A DNA stretch of 64,000 bases from Macrostomum hystrix (lineage: Eukaryota > Animalia > Platyhelminthes), in contig CATNEN010000039.1 in NCBI GenBank assembly GCA_950097015.1, forward strand, positions 8,618,001 to 8,682,000. The letters run 5' to 3'. The position numbers and the translations under genes were made by a program. This document shows, piece after piece, positions 51,201 to 58,928 of the stretch. The notes beneath the pieces were generated by a model, which saw only the letters and a list, made by a program, of their open reading frames with translations, ran no database searches and was not told the DNA's origin. Each line of letters starts with the position of its first letter. Positions within the stretch are counted from its first letter, which is position 1.

Positions 51201-54200
51201 GGATGGGATTTAAAATTGGGAGAGGATGGGATTTCAAATTGGGAGAGGATGGGATTTCAAATTGGGACAGGATGGGATTTCAAATTGGGAGAGGATGGGA
51301 TTTCAAATTGGGAGAGGATGGGATTTCCAATTGGGACAGAATGGGATTTCAAATTGGGACAGGATGGGATTTAGAATTGGGACAGGATGGGATTTCCAAT
51401 TGGGACAGGATGGGATTTCAAATTGGGACAGGATGGGATTTCAAATTGGGAGAGGATGGGATTTAGAATTGGGACAGGATGGAATTTCAAATTGGGACAG
51501 GATGGGATTTCAAATTGGGACAGGGTGGGATTTGAAATTAAGGTGGGATTTGAAATTAGGTGGGATACGAATTAATTTAAAATGAAATTCTCACCGCTGC
51601 CCGGATCGACATGAAAGTGCCCGCCCTCATTTCCACCAGTCAGTTCAAATCTAATTGAATTGTCGTTGTCGCAGTCTTCAACTGGCACCGAGGTCAGAAG
51701 TTCGAGTCCCGGGGGCGCGCCCTCAGGCAGTCGCACTCGATAATGAGCAGCCTGGGTCGGCACAGGCCGGCAGTCGTTTTCGTTGATCAGTCGGACTAGG
51801 ACGCGGCACTCGGCGGTCCACAACTCCAAAGTGGCGTTGTCATCGGCGACGTTGGCGATGGCGCGGATGGCAAGCCAGAGGCCCTGTGTCTCGGCCCGCC
51901 AGTTCAGTAAGGCTTTGGTTCTTATGTTGCCTTGGAAACATTGGGGGAGGCGAAATAACTGATAGATAAGAAACTGGCCTTGTAGAAATGAGAGTCACCA
52001 GTTAGACGCACAAGAATGAGCTGCTAGATGCACGAGCGAGGACCTGTTAGACACACACACACAGGAGAGAGGACCTGTTAGACACACACGAGAGAGGACC
52101 TGTTAGACACACACACACAGGAGAGAGGACCTGTTAGACACACACAGGAGAGAGGACCTGTTAGACACACACAGGAGAGAGGACCTGTTAGACACACACA
52201 CAGGAGAGAGGACCTGTTAGACACACACACGTGAGAGGACCTGTTAGATACATGCAAGAGAGGACCTGTTAGACACACACACAGGAGAGAGGACCTGTTA
52301 GACACACACACAGGAGAGAGGACCTGTTAGACACACACACAGGAGACAGAACCTGTTAGACACACACACGTGAGAGGACCTGTTAGATACATGCAAGAGA
52401 GGACCTGTTAGACACACACACAGGAGAGAGGACCTGTTAGACACACACACAGGAGAGAGGACCTGTTAGACACACACACAGGAGACAGAACCTGTTAGAC
52501 GTAGAAGAAATTAGCATCGGAAAACTATATTCTCAAGCTCATCTGAACGGTGAAGTTGAAATAAAAGTCAGTTCTATTAGCCCTCTTAAACAGTTTAATT
52601 AGTTTGCCACTAGACCCAGTTGAATTCGCAGGTCAAGTGGATTGCGTCATCACTGACACTAAGGCTCACACAAGGGATAATTCATCTAGCGGCAATTGGA
52701 TAAAACTTTGCGTGACAATGAGCCATTAAAAGCTAGCAAGGGAAAAAATAACAAGCAGTAAAGCTAAACCTATCAGCTGCACAAAGTCTCCGAGCTGTGA
52801 GAAGGAAGCCACGCGATTTGTCCATCTCGGATGTGGCAGCCAAAGCAACACAAGAAAAAAAGTTTTTTTTCTCTTTCTCTCTCAATCCATAGAGTGAAGG
52901 CAATTTCATGAATTTAGCTCATTAATCAATGTGACCTCAGTGACGATCTGCACACAACCCCTCACATACCCCTCCCCTACGATTACTCAATCAGAAATTT
53001 TGTCAGCTCTCGAAATCGTAGCTTCCTGTTGATTGGACCGGCGACCGCACTCAAAAAAAGGAGTGCTCAAGTCAACTCAAATTGCTAAGCAGCTAATGAA
53101 TTGGACTGGCCATAGCCAATTATAATGAAGCGGAAGATTATTTACATTTTTTAATCACTAATTTTTTTAGCAACTTAATTAATCTAGTGATGGCTTTATG
53201 GACAGGTCAGTTGAGCCTAGCACATTAGTACATACGTTGAGCAGGTGTAATGGGACTAAAAACTGTTGTTAAAATAAACATTTTTTGCATTTGAATGCTA
53301 CAGCACTTGTCATTGGAGTTGTGTAATTAATTGCTAACTGTTGAAGCCTTCCAATTACCCAACACAATTGTCTGCTTATCTAATTTTCTACCTTCATAAT
53401 TCACTAACTATCTACTTCCCTCCCTATCTACTTCCCTCCCTATCTACTTCCCTCCCTATCTACTTCCCTCCCTATCTACTTCCCTCCCTATCTACTTCCC
53501 TCCCTATCTACTTCCCTCCTTATCTACTTCCCTCCCTATCTACTTCCCTTCCTATCTACTTCCCTCCCTATCTACTTCCCTCCCTATCTACTTCCCTCCC
53601 TATCTACTTCCCTCCCTATCTACTTCCCTCCCTATCTACTTCCCTCCCTATCTACTTCCCTCCTTATCTACTTCCCTCCCTATCTACTTCCCTTCCTATC
53701 TACTTCCCTCCCTATCTACTTCCCTCCCTATCTACTTCCCTCCCTATCTACTTCCCTCCCTATCTACTTCCCTCCCTCCCCACTTCTCTTACTCCATCTA
53801 CGTCTCAGTATCCCGAATTTTTCTTCTCCAAATCTGATCATCTCTCTCCATCTCCCATTATTCCTGCCCCAAAACTGCCTCACAAGACCAGGCTCGCATA
53901 TTTTCCTCCTCAGATTCCAGGAAGTCTGATGAGGCCAGACGATGAAGAAATGTTGAGGTCATTCATAGCGCTGAATTCCTCAAACTTTCGCAGCATCTTC
54001 GCTAACCTGGCTAGCCCATCTCTGTATGCTGAGAGACTCAAACTTGGAGATGAAAGCCGGCCCATTGAAATGAGTAGATGAACGGATTGACGTAACCTAC
54101 TCAATGAGCGATGAGTAAGTCGATCACTGCTCAACCCAGGCCATCCCCCATAGTCCTTAAGTCAACTTTAAAATGGAAAAAAAAATTATTTTTACAATGT

Positions 54201-57200
54201 GGAACAGATTTTCGCAATTCTGGCACATCCGTCTGCAGCCACGACCAGAATTGAACGCAAAAAATTAGTTTTGATGCAGTTTTACAACCTGTCACAAAAA
54301 TGTTTGTCACAAACTTCATTCACAATCCAGTGAAATAAAGTCAGGAACTAGACTAAGAAAAAATACGAATTGAAAAAGTGTCATCTTAGTGTTGAACTAA
54401 TGTTGAATTTAGTTTTGCTTGCCACATGTATAAAAAAATAATATGAGGAGGGCTGTGGGAAATGTCACATCACTGTGGGAAATGTAACGCTTGAGCACAC
54501 ACTCACACAGGTGTGTACATCTGCCCTGACTTTCTCATCGTCAGGCAGTGTACACTCTCACTGTGCCTTGGAGGTTGGCCCTCAAGGGCGTAAATTGCAC
54601 GACAAGGCCCCAGGCCTTCTCTCCGCGGCTGCGCCCCAAATAAATGTGGCCTCGCCGCGGAATCGAGCTCAGGGACCTTGGTGCGAGAGTTAGAGAGTTC
54701 TGGCACTCATGCTGACAAAGCGAGCACCGCCAGGTAGGAATAGTGAATAAAAAAGCAAAACTCCTTATTTAACAAATGATCCGCGTGTCGACTGCTTTGA
54801 GCATTTAAAATATCCTGCCATTTTGCTAACCGTGTCAACTCAAATTGTCCGAATTTGGGGCAAACTAGAAACAAAGGAAGCAATATTGGCGCGGCTCTCA
54901 CCTTGCTGGTCGATTTCAAACGAATCGTAGCCGTCTGTATTGGAAATCTCAAATCGAACATTATTCAGCACTGACGCCGTCTCGCCCTCGCCATTCCTAG
55001 AATCGACCTCGTCTCGCCAAACCAGCAGCTCCGGCGCTCGACCAATCAGTGAGCCGCGCGTGGCGGACTCTGGTACATCCATGGCGATCGCCGATTTACT
55101 GAATCGCAACGCTGATGTCGGCGAAGGCGCGGGCGACACTTCGACAATGAGAAACAACTCGGCGCGGCTTTTATGGTCAGCCGATTCGGCTACGGCGAAT
55201 AGGCGATAGGGCGACTCCGACGGCGAGAGACGACGACGGCCAAGGCTCAGGCAGCCAGTGAGCCGGTCCAACGCGAACTGACCGACCACTGCGGGCAGGC
55301 CGGACAGTGAATAAGCGACGTCAACGACTGTATTTTCATCAACAGCCAGCAGGGTGGCGATCAGCGCTCCGGGTGGCATCAGCTCGCCGATGCGAAGGCT
55401 CAGTTTGCCGGGCTGGTCGACGTCGCCGGTGACAAATTTTAGTCGTCGACCTGGTCGCAAGTCTGACGGCGTCGGTGAAGCGACATTAGCGAAGTGAAGT
55501 CGAACGCTCAAGGTCGACATCAGTGTCGGCTGACCGAGATCGATTGCTCGTACTTGGAGATCGAACTCAGGACCTAAGTCTGCAGCGGCGGCGTTGGATA
55601 AATTGTCGGCCAGACGAAGCTCGCCAGTGACAACGTCGAGTTGGAAAATGTTTTCGCCGTTAGTCAGCAGCTGGTAGCGCACGGTGCCGTTCCGACCGCG
55701 GTCAGGATCAGCAGCGACGAATCTATGCACAATCATTCCCGGCGTCGGCGGATCCGCCACCGTCAGGTTTTTCAATGGCGAGTTAAACGTCGGTCGGTTG
55801 TCGTTGACATCGGTCAGCTCGACGCTGACTTCGTGGCTGGCGCAGAGAGCGGGCGAGCCGGCGTCGCAGACCCCCAGTCGCAGGCCGTAGACGGGACGTC
55901 GCTCGCGATCCAGAGCGGCGGCCACCGTCAGGCGAAGCGCGCGGCACCGGCTGCTGGAGCTGTGGCAGCCGCTGCTGACTTCCACTACGCTGGCGTTGAA
56001 TGCAAAGTCGTAGGACAGGGCGTCAATGCCGACGACGGTGGCGGCGTAGCTGGCCAGGTGGCCATTGTACCAGCCAGCGAAGTCCGGATCGTCGACTGGA
56101 AAGTCGGCAACAACCGCGCCAACTTTAGCATCTTCGGAAACAGAGATCAGCGTCGTGGACCGGCCAGCAACGCTGCCCGAAATTTCAGGCGGACGATTCG
56201 GCGAAGTCGCGGATTCGGATGAGTCCAAGGCGCCGGCTTTCTGTAGCCGACGTCGGTGTTCATCTCGAGCTCGACGATTGGCTGCGACCAGAGCTGCTGG
56301 TCGGCGACTTCGACCGGGCGCAGGTTGGTCGCAGCGTCCACGCTGGCCATCGAACTTTAGTTGCCATGGTAACAGGGCCGTAGCGTATTTTCTGCCCATT
56401 TGAAATTCAAGCAACAGCGGCGAGGCAGATACTCGACCGCCTGCGTCCTTGGCAACCATCAGCAGGGAAACGCGGCTCGTATTCACTGGAAGGCAAGCCA
56501 AATCCAGTGTTACATTTCCAGTTGTCATGGATACCTTGGCACAGTCAGGGTTGCCTAGCAACAAATGCGACACAGCCTCTGGCGGCTCATCCAAGTCTAT
56601 GGCAGCCAGAGGGCCGGTTGAGAAGAACCGGCCGTTGACACCGTCGAAGCTATTAAGCTCAAATTGGCAGGTCGTGTGCTCAAACTCGGGCGCGAACTCG
56701 TTCACCGGCTCGACTTCGATAGAGACGGTTGCCATTGACGCCCTTGAAAACGGACGACCACGATCGGTCAGGCGCAGTCGAACAGAGTACAGTCCAGCCT
56801 GGGTCTCCAGGTCCAACGGTCTGGCCAGCACCAGTCGGCGGTTGCTCTCGTCAAGCTGGAATGGTGAAAACGCGAGGCCATCGGTTGCCATGGCAACAAC
56901 AGTAGCCGCCGCTTCGCCGTCTGCGCTCGCGTCAACATCTGCATCGGTGACGTTCAGCGTCAAGACTTCAAAGCCGACTGGCGCGGTCTCAGAGATCTTC
57001 GCAGCGATGACGCCGGAGTCGGTGACAGCTACTCCGGCCAGGTCGGGAGCGAACTCGTTGCAGTCGGTCAGATGGACCCGGAGAGTGTGAAAAGTCACGT
57101 GACTGGGGGCGGATAGGTCGCGAATTCGAGCTATCAAGCGCAGCTGCCGACTCGACTCGGCGTTCATCGGGGATCTGAAGTCGGGGATGAGCATATCAGT

Positions 57201-58891
57201 ATCATCACTATCATTACTATCAGAGTGACAGATAGTCAGTATCAGAGTGGCAGACAGTCAGCATCAAGAGTGACAGACAGTCAGTATCAGAGCTTTAGTT
57301 ACCTGACGGTTACAGCTCCGCTTCTTTTGTCCAGCTTGAGGTGCTGGCTGGACTGCCAGTCGGAAAACTCAAAACCGGGCCCGCCGCTCTCGAGCAGCCG
57401 TATCAGGTGTTCCGCATTGGCGCCCGCCCTGCCGACGGCTTCATCGTAGAATGTTGGCCGGAAGCGGTACAGCAGGGCTCCAACTGGCGCGCATTCGGGC
57501 ACAGTCAGCCGGAAGTTCCCATTTCCGGTGTCCGGCCCCAGCAGGCGCCGATCGGACGGGTCGACGCGGATGGATTCAATGGCGGCGCCGGCGATGCCGA
57601 TGCGCGCATCGAAGGTGCGAGCCAAGTCGTCAGGTCGAAGATCCCTGGCCAGCTGCAGTCGGTAATAGTCGCTAATGAGTTCTCGCTGCTGCGGCGGAAC
57701 GAGCTGGAATGTGCCCTGGCAGTCGTCTACAAGACGAAGCTCAATACTGATTGTCTCCGCAGTAACCTGAAGTGCGTTGGGTTCGTGTGATGGAATGGAT
57801 AGAAGTGATTGTGAGATGATGAGGTCGACCTGCGTAACATTGTTTGTTCACATAAATCAAATATAGTAATTTATCGCAACATTTATAATTATAAGTAAAG
57901 AAAAGCTAAAAGTTCTCACCATCAGCTGTCCGTCGGCACCCTCAGCACGGACCAACGCGTAGGTGGCCCCTGCGTGACCCCAGCCGGCCACCACCGGCGG
58001 TCTGACCACGCCGAGAGTCAGAGCGTTCGACACGGACGCAGCGGCTTCCAGTCCGGACGGTTCGTCTACCATAATAGCCACGAGTGCCTCGGAGAAGAAC
58101 CGTCTTACCGCGCCAGTGCTGCCACCAACGCCAACATCATCACCATCAGCGTCGCAAGGAGCGGCGCCGTCAACTGCGTGTACTCGGACTCGAATCTGGT
58201 GCAGGCCGGGCCGCGGCCTGGGGCTCAGCATCAGTACTGCGCCGCTTGTCGACTCGACGCCAAAATCGACGCTCAATCTGCTGGTTTCTGAAACAACAAA
58301 CGACGGCGTAAGGCCACCGGTGGTCGCTGACAGTCTGCCCACAACGGCGAGGCGTCGACGCTGAGTGGGTGGTGGCGCGGTGAAGGCAAACGACGCGGTG
58401 CTGAAGCGCGGACACGCTGGTCGGCGAGCGAGCAGTCGAATCACCAGGTGGCATCGTGCCGAAAGAGCGTTTGCCGACGTAGCCAAAATAGACAACGTCA
58501 GCCAATCTTTTACGGAGCCTTCGACGACGAAATCATCATCGAAGCCGCGTCTTGGAGCGGCTCGGACCTCCAGGAAAGCTCGACCGTTTATTCGCGGACC
58601 TACCTCTGCAACAGTCAGCCAGGCGGCCAGCCGGGCATCCTCAATTCGAAATTGGACTCGAAAGTTTTTGTCATTGGTCTTGGTCTCGTTATCATAGTCT
58701 TCGTTCTCCCGAGTCGAAATGATTAGCGATATTGGCGGCCCACTCGTCAGCACCGGCATTCGCCGGCCTCGGACGAGGAAGCCGCGGTAGGCGCCACCAA
58801 AGGCAAATCGAAGCCTTCTCTGCGCTGCTGCCGCCGTCAGCGCGGGAATCAACAGGGTTATCAGCGCCAGCAGTAGCCACAATTGGCGCAT
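2757..58891 (-). CDS. Giant Fat-like (Fat1/2/3-kugelei type) protocadherin, 15 coding exons in window, 3'-incomplete (continues left of window)
   Basis: Signal peptide [22 protein letters not shown]; many cadherin-repeat motifs (DxNDNxPxF, LDRE/LDYE, AxDxDxGxNG); [18 protein letters not shown] resembles the Fat1/3-type LPTYxGV..V.ATDPD segment. All 14 introns are GT-AG with matching phases; exons sum to 11,949 nt. Confidence 0.9.
4078..4911 (+). mobile_element. 5'-truncated LINE (LOA/R1-group-like): RNase H C-half, Zn finger, 3' UTR, (TAAGTCAAG)2 tail
   Basis: [44 protein letters not shown]; stop at 4789; tandem tail 4894-4911; 5' boundary approximate. Confidence 0.88.
5520..5886. repeat. 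20-22-bp minisatellite (AACATCTGACACACCTGTCT)
   Basis: Direct tandem copies. Confidence 0.92.
5928..6332 (-). CDS. Fat-like exon 14
   Basis: Splices across a 14.9-kb intron to give the canonical DSDSG|SNRQLVYSL; [14 protein letters not shown]; donor G|GTGAGC. Confidence 0.92.
6980..7470. repeat. 16-bp minisatellite (GGATATCGATCGGTTT)
   Basis: Direct tandem copies with palindromic core. Confidence 0.95.
7846..8355. repeat. 21-bp minisatellite (CAGGTAGGAGGAACTGAGATT)
   Basis: Direct tandem copies. Confidence 0.95.
9270..9750. repeat. 17-bp degenerate minisatellite (CAATGGGATATTATCGA)
   Basis: Direct tandem copies. Confidence 0.9.
10512..11112. repeat. 32-bp minisatellite (GACTGCTGCATCCTCTGATACTTCAGGGAGTG)
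   Basis: About 19 copies, no unique spacers. Confidence 0.95.
12248..12387 (-). mobile_element. SINE family A 3' half with (ATT)n tail
   Basis: TTGCAGGAGGGCTGTGGGCAATGGCACATCA...CCATTCCGTTGACTCCTGAGCACA matches 46208-46340. Confidence 0.8.
12405..12573 (-). mobile_element. SINE family B copy abutting a SINE A fragment
   Basis: CAGTCCATGGACTGGGGGACGCCACAC...ATCGAACCCCGACCTTCAAGTCGTGAGTCCGAC..CTAACCAC..GGCTAC. Confidence 0.78.
13385..14840. repeat. GA-rich ~28-30-bp minisatellite split by the LINE insertion (13385-13696 and 14766-14840)
   Basis: GGGAAGAGATGCAGGGAGAGTGAGAGAGAT on both sides of the LINE. Confidence 0.88.
13697..14765 (+). mobile_element. 5'-truncated LINE related to 4078-4911, with a frameshift near 14170, inserted in a GA-rich minisatellite
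   Basis: [36 protein letters not shown]; LTGHG; CPFC..E...HFVCHC; same (TAAGTCAAG)2 tail; AGATAGGGA on both flanks (possible TSD, but it is also the array motif). Confidence 0.9.
15173..15268. repeat. (CA)n microsatellite
   Basis: Direct observation. Confidence 0.95.
16280..17162. repeat. 29-bp polypurine minisatellite (GGAGATAAGGAGAGAGGGGAGAGAAAAG-like)
   Basis: Direct tandem copies. Confidence 0.95.
18045..18510. repeat. 21-bp minisatellite (TTCTCATTGAATATCTACCAA)
   Basis: Direct tandem copies. Confidence 0.93.
19194..19988. repeat. 25-bp minisatellite (CAATGGGATATCAGTGAGGTAGTCA)
   Basis: Direct tandem copies. Confidence 0.95.
20446..21075. repeat. 10-bp minisatellite (GTGTCAGATG)
   Basis: Direct tandem copies. 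Confidence 0.95.
21196..22514 (-). CDS. Fat-like exon 13
   Basis: Acceptor catatttAG; includes ORF 21107..22168 ([26 protein letters not shown]); donor G|GTGAGT. Confidence 0.9.
22586..23494 (-). CDS. Fat-like exon 12
   Basis: 59-nt intron upstream; ORF 22573..23466 ([15 protein letters not shown]); donor AG|GTTGGT. Confidence 0.88.
23554..24446 (-). CDS. Fat-like exon 11
   Basis: Acceptor tttttccAG; ORF 23550..24386 ([13 protein letters not shown]); donor CG|GTAAGG. Confidence 0.9.
24545..24696 (-). mobile_element. SINE family A, internally deleted copy with the best-preserved tRNA-like head
   Basis: Minus strand AGTGGCAGAGCCGTCTAATGCG...GGTCCCTGAGCTCGATTCC (A and B boxes) and 3' end CCTGCAATTATT. 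Confidence 0.75.
24999..25120 (-). CDS. Fat-like exon 10 (small; coding frame absent from the ORF track)
   Basis: [41 protein letters not shown]; acceptor (ACTC)n-ACTTCCAG; donor GAG|GTGCGA; completes the cadherin repeat begun in exon 9. Confidence 0.85.
25126..25540. repeat. (GTGA)n microsatellite abutting the exon 10 acceptor
   Basis: About 100 copies. Confidence 0.97.
26110..26500. repeat. 14-bp minisatellite (GACTGTGAGAGGTA)
   Basis: Direct tandem copies. Confidence 0.93.
27310..28142. repeat. 34-bp purine-rich minisatellite followed directly by (GGAT)n (27896-28142)
   Basis: Direct observation. Confidence 0.95.
28478..29115. repeat. 16-bp minisatellite (AAAATCTCCCATCTAG)
   Basis: Direct tandem copies. 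Confidence 0.95.
29907..30774. repeat. 26-bp minisatellite (TACTCTCTACTCTACCATCCACTGTC)
   Basis: Direct tandem copies. Confidence 0.95.
31435..31575. repeat. 16-bp minisatellite (AAAATCTCCCAACTTC)
   Basis: Short tandem array. Confidence 0.85.
31968..32172. repeat. 31-bp minisatellite (GGAATCTAATGGGAGAATTCTATGGGGATCT)
   Basis: About 6 copies. Confidence 0.88.
32321..34558 (-). CDS. Fat-like exon 9
   Basis: [14 protein letters not shown]... leading into ORF 32304..34448; donor G|GTGAGT. Confidence 0.92.
34680..35178. repeat. 20-bp minisatellite (AAATGAACCTGTTAGACTAG)
   Basis: Direct tandem copies. Confidence 0.93.
35815..36326. repeat. 20-bp minisatellite (CAAGTACAGACAGATACAGK)
   Basis: Direct tandem copies. 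Confidence 0.95.
36776..37334. repeat. 42-bp minisatellite made of two diverged 21-mers
   Basis: GTCAATAGATCAGTAGCTTCA + GCCAATAGATGAGTAGCTTTA. Confidence 0.95.
37818..38892. repeat. 30-bp minisatellite (TAAAATCTGATCATTCACTTCATCAGCCAA)
   Basis: About 35 copies. Confidence 0.96.
39838..41360. repeat. 12-bp minisatellite (GYGATTCTAGCT)
   Basis: About 125 copies. Confidence 0.97.
41893..42120. mobile_element. Two SINE family B fragments in opposite orientations
   Basis: CAGTCCATGGACTG at ~41906 and ~42097; GGAATCGAACCCCCGACCTTTAAGTCATG at 41970-41998. Confidence 0.65.
42169..42333 (-). mobile_element. SINE family A 3' half
   Basis: Aligns to 46208-46368. Confidence 0.8.
43043..43715. repeat. 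24-bp minisatellite (GCGATTCTAGCTACTGTTCCAGCT)
   Basis: About 27 almost perfect copies. Confidence 0.97.
43817..44381 (-). CDS. Fat-like exon 8
   Basis: [15 protein letters not shown]...SASDPDPG...FKIDS; donor G|GTGAGT. Confidence 0.88.
44758..44894 (-). CDS. Fat-like exon 7 (absent from the ORF track)
   Basis: [46 protein letters not shown]; acceptor cattctAG; donor CAG|GTCTGT; phases 1 to 0 fit both neighbours. Confidence 0.82.
45090..45584 (-). CDS. Fat-like exon 6
   Basis: ORF 45073..45573 ([17 protein letters not shown]); acceptor aatttttAG; donor G|GTGAGA. Confidence 0.85.
45788..45974 (-). mobile_element. SINE family B (tRNA-derived head, central domain, 3' GACTGAACAGCTGTAC)
   Basis: A box TAGCCAAGTGG, B box GGTTCGAATCC, then GTCCTTTAGCAAGACACTTAACTCTGCATTGCTTCAG. 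Confidence 0.82.
46157..46484 (-). mobile_element. SINE family A, body and (ATTGTTA)n tail; head interrupted by the LINE, remainder at 50478-50517
   Basis: Closely similar to 54445-54705 and 63818-64000; B-box-like GAGCTCGATTCC; A-box remnant TGGCTGAGC beyond the LINE. Confidence 0.85.
46485..46553 (+). ncRNA. HDV-like self-cleaving ribozyme at the LINE 5' terminus
   Basis: P1 GGGGGGC/GCCCCCC; P2 AUGGCCUGC/GCAGGCCAU; P3 GCC/GGU; L3 UCCACGA; P1.1 CC/GG; P4 AGGAC-GCAA-GUCCU; J4/2 ACGAAAU with candidate catalytic C46539. Confidence 0.88.
46646..50428 (+). CDS. LINE polyprotein: APE endonuclease (internally deleted), reverse transcriptase, RNase H, C-terminal Zn finger
   Basis: [32 protein letters not shown]; [32 protein letters not shown]; [23 protein letters not shown]; CRLC..ET..H...C. 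Confidence 0.95.
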   Translation: MTDQLPTQPAEPQRRAPGGAKRQPDRRSARAQAPSSLHLLQLNAEGVVAKTPELCKLLLDLRVDVACLQETHTAEGREPRLPGFNAVWRHRQSGRRSGGPTRGGGVAILIREGLRYEVLHERPCAPEDVSTEWAGIRVFPSEKTVESLDIHCLYVPPIRNAEGDDRVQRFNPQWLPSGASTVILGDLNAHHPAWDPESAPDVSGRAEWQVRRDVGSDHLPISVIIHGSRGAAKRAGAARRAWAKADWAGFRAQTEEALAGWDALPPATATEANRLLTEAIMTADKAFIPRGARPSPKAWWTPEFEDAVKSRRAARAAAAADPNERPAWNKASADAKKIIADAKRDSWRAFAGEVAADTDHSKIWRVVRSLDGRSNNLQRDAALRVGQKLYVRPKDIAEAYAKEYAAVSRLPQDRRTRILRRENHRSRAAAQADSPEAGDFSKQFSSRELDRVLRSLPARKAPGPDGISAEHLQHLGPAGRRAALHVINQSWAKGEVPSAWRRAHVVPILKKGKPADMIGSYRPIALTSAMAKLAERLVQARLYWWAESRQLLHPAQAGFRKRRCTEDQIARLTQLISDGHQASPARRTVVVLFDFRRAYDTVWKQGLLHKLHAAGIPAAGVRWLSSFLADRRAAVRVDGATSSWRLFREGLPQGSVLAPLLFALFINDLPDQLPPDCTPLLYADDLAIAVQGLTVEEAEAKAQRAIDATAEWANKWRLQLAPEKCAASLFSTTAGEASRELRQQLNDAPLATDRQPRFLGVILDRLLSFTAHAANVAGRARARCGVLAALSGSSWGAKQTDVRRLYTAYVRPVLEYAAGAWMPSACKTAIEQLDRAQRLCARVITGCPRNTRSEVLEREAGLPPMAVRAEMHAGLLLERALRLPPDNPLLACAAAEGPRRRLQSARGWRETATRVSTDAGLSGYPREPVCAVPATPPWANLDTVTFGLQLSAPSSRCDPPEARRAAAELTLAGLPPARTAIWTDGAAKDGVSAGGSGALVEPDTALCVPAGHVTSSFHAELVAIAEALQWVLAAPDPAELSPVRVCSDSLSALAALESGPGSTGVTTADAIWASLSHLAAGGVAVHLQWVRGHAGIPGNEAVDAIAKRGSALPQAEAHIPLAAAQAAIRRHCLARWHQLYRAAAADAAGTSSLPWHAACTSGHLPPPPPTDLSRRHERLICQLRADRCHALRGFQAAIGAPVAPTCRLCGEGDETAAHVLLACPALTAHRCRLWGPCPEPAAVFECCASVLALLGKAGII
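50578..50835 (-). CDS. Fat-like exon 5
   Basis: [18 protein letters not shown]...DANDSPPRF; acceptor ccctAG; donor AG|GTGAGC. Confidence 0.88.
50870..51565. repeat. 23-bp minisatellite (GGATGGGATTTCAAATTGGGACA) filling Fat intron 4
   Basis: Direct tandem copies. Confidence 0.95.
51595..51930 (-). CDS. Fat-like exon 4
   Basis: [11 protein letters not shown]...INENDCRPV...HVDPGS; acceptor tttccaAG; donor G|GTGAGA. Confidence 0.88.
52038..52500. repeat. 26-30-bp minisatellite (GAGAGGACCTGTTAG(AC)nAGGA)
   Basis: Direct tandem copies. Confidence 0.93.
53408..53780. repeat. 16-bp polypyrimidine minisatellite (TATCTACTTCCCTCCC)
   Basis: Direct tandem copies. Confidence 0.95.
54445..54705 (-). 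mobile_element. SINE family A copy (shows the empty LINE target site)
   Basis: Aligns to 46210-46484; continuous GGAATCGAGCTCAGGGACCTTGGTGCGAGA. Confidence 0.85.
54902..57174 (-). CDS. Fat-like exon 3
   Basis: ORF 54840..57194 with cadherin repeats; acceptor cttcAG|ATCC; donor CAAG|GTGAGA, phase 1. Confidence 0.92.
57303..57829 (-). CDS. Fat-like exon 2
   Basis: Acceptor ttacgcAG|GTCGAC, open frame VDLIISQ...AVTVR, donor AG|GTAACT, phase 2. Confidence 0.85.
57920..58891 (-). CDS. Fat-like exon 1 (ATG, signal peptide, first divergent cadherin repeats)
   Basis: ORF 57857..58891; donor ATG|GTGAGA at 57919, phase 0. Confidence 0.85.
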
Positions 58892-58928
58892 GTCTGCCTA
58901 CCTGGTGCTCAAATGAGCTGCTGCTGGC

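Noticed and set aside
53914-54114. Possible + strand nested exon (CCTCAG acceptor, GTAAGT donor)
   Set aside because: All three frames contain stops and no partner exon was found.
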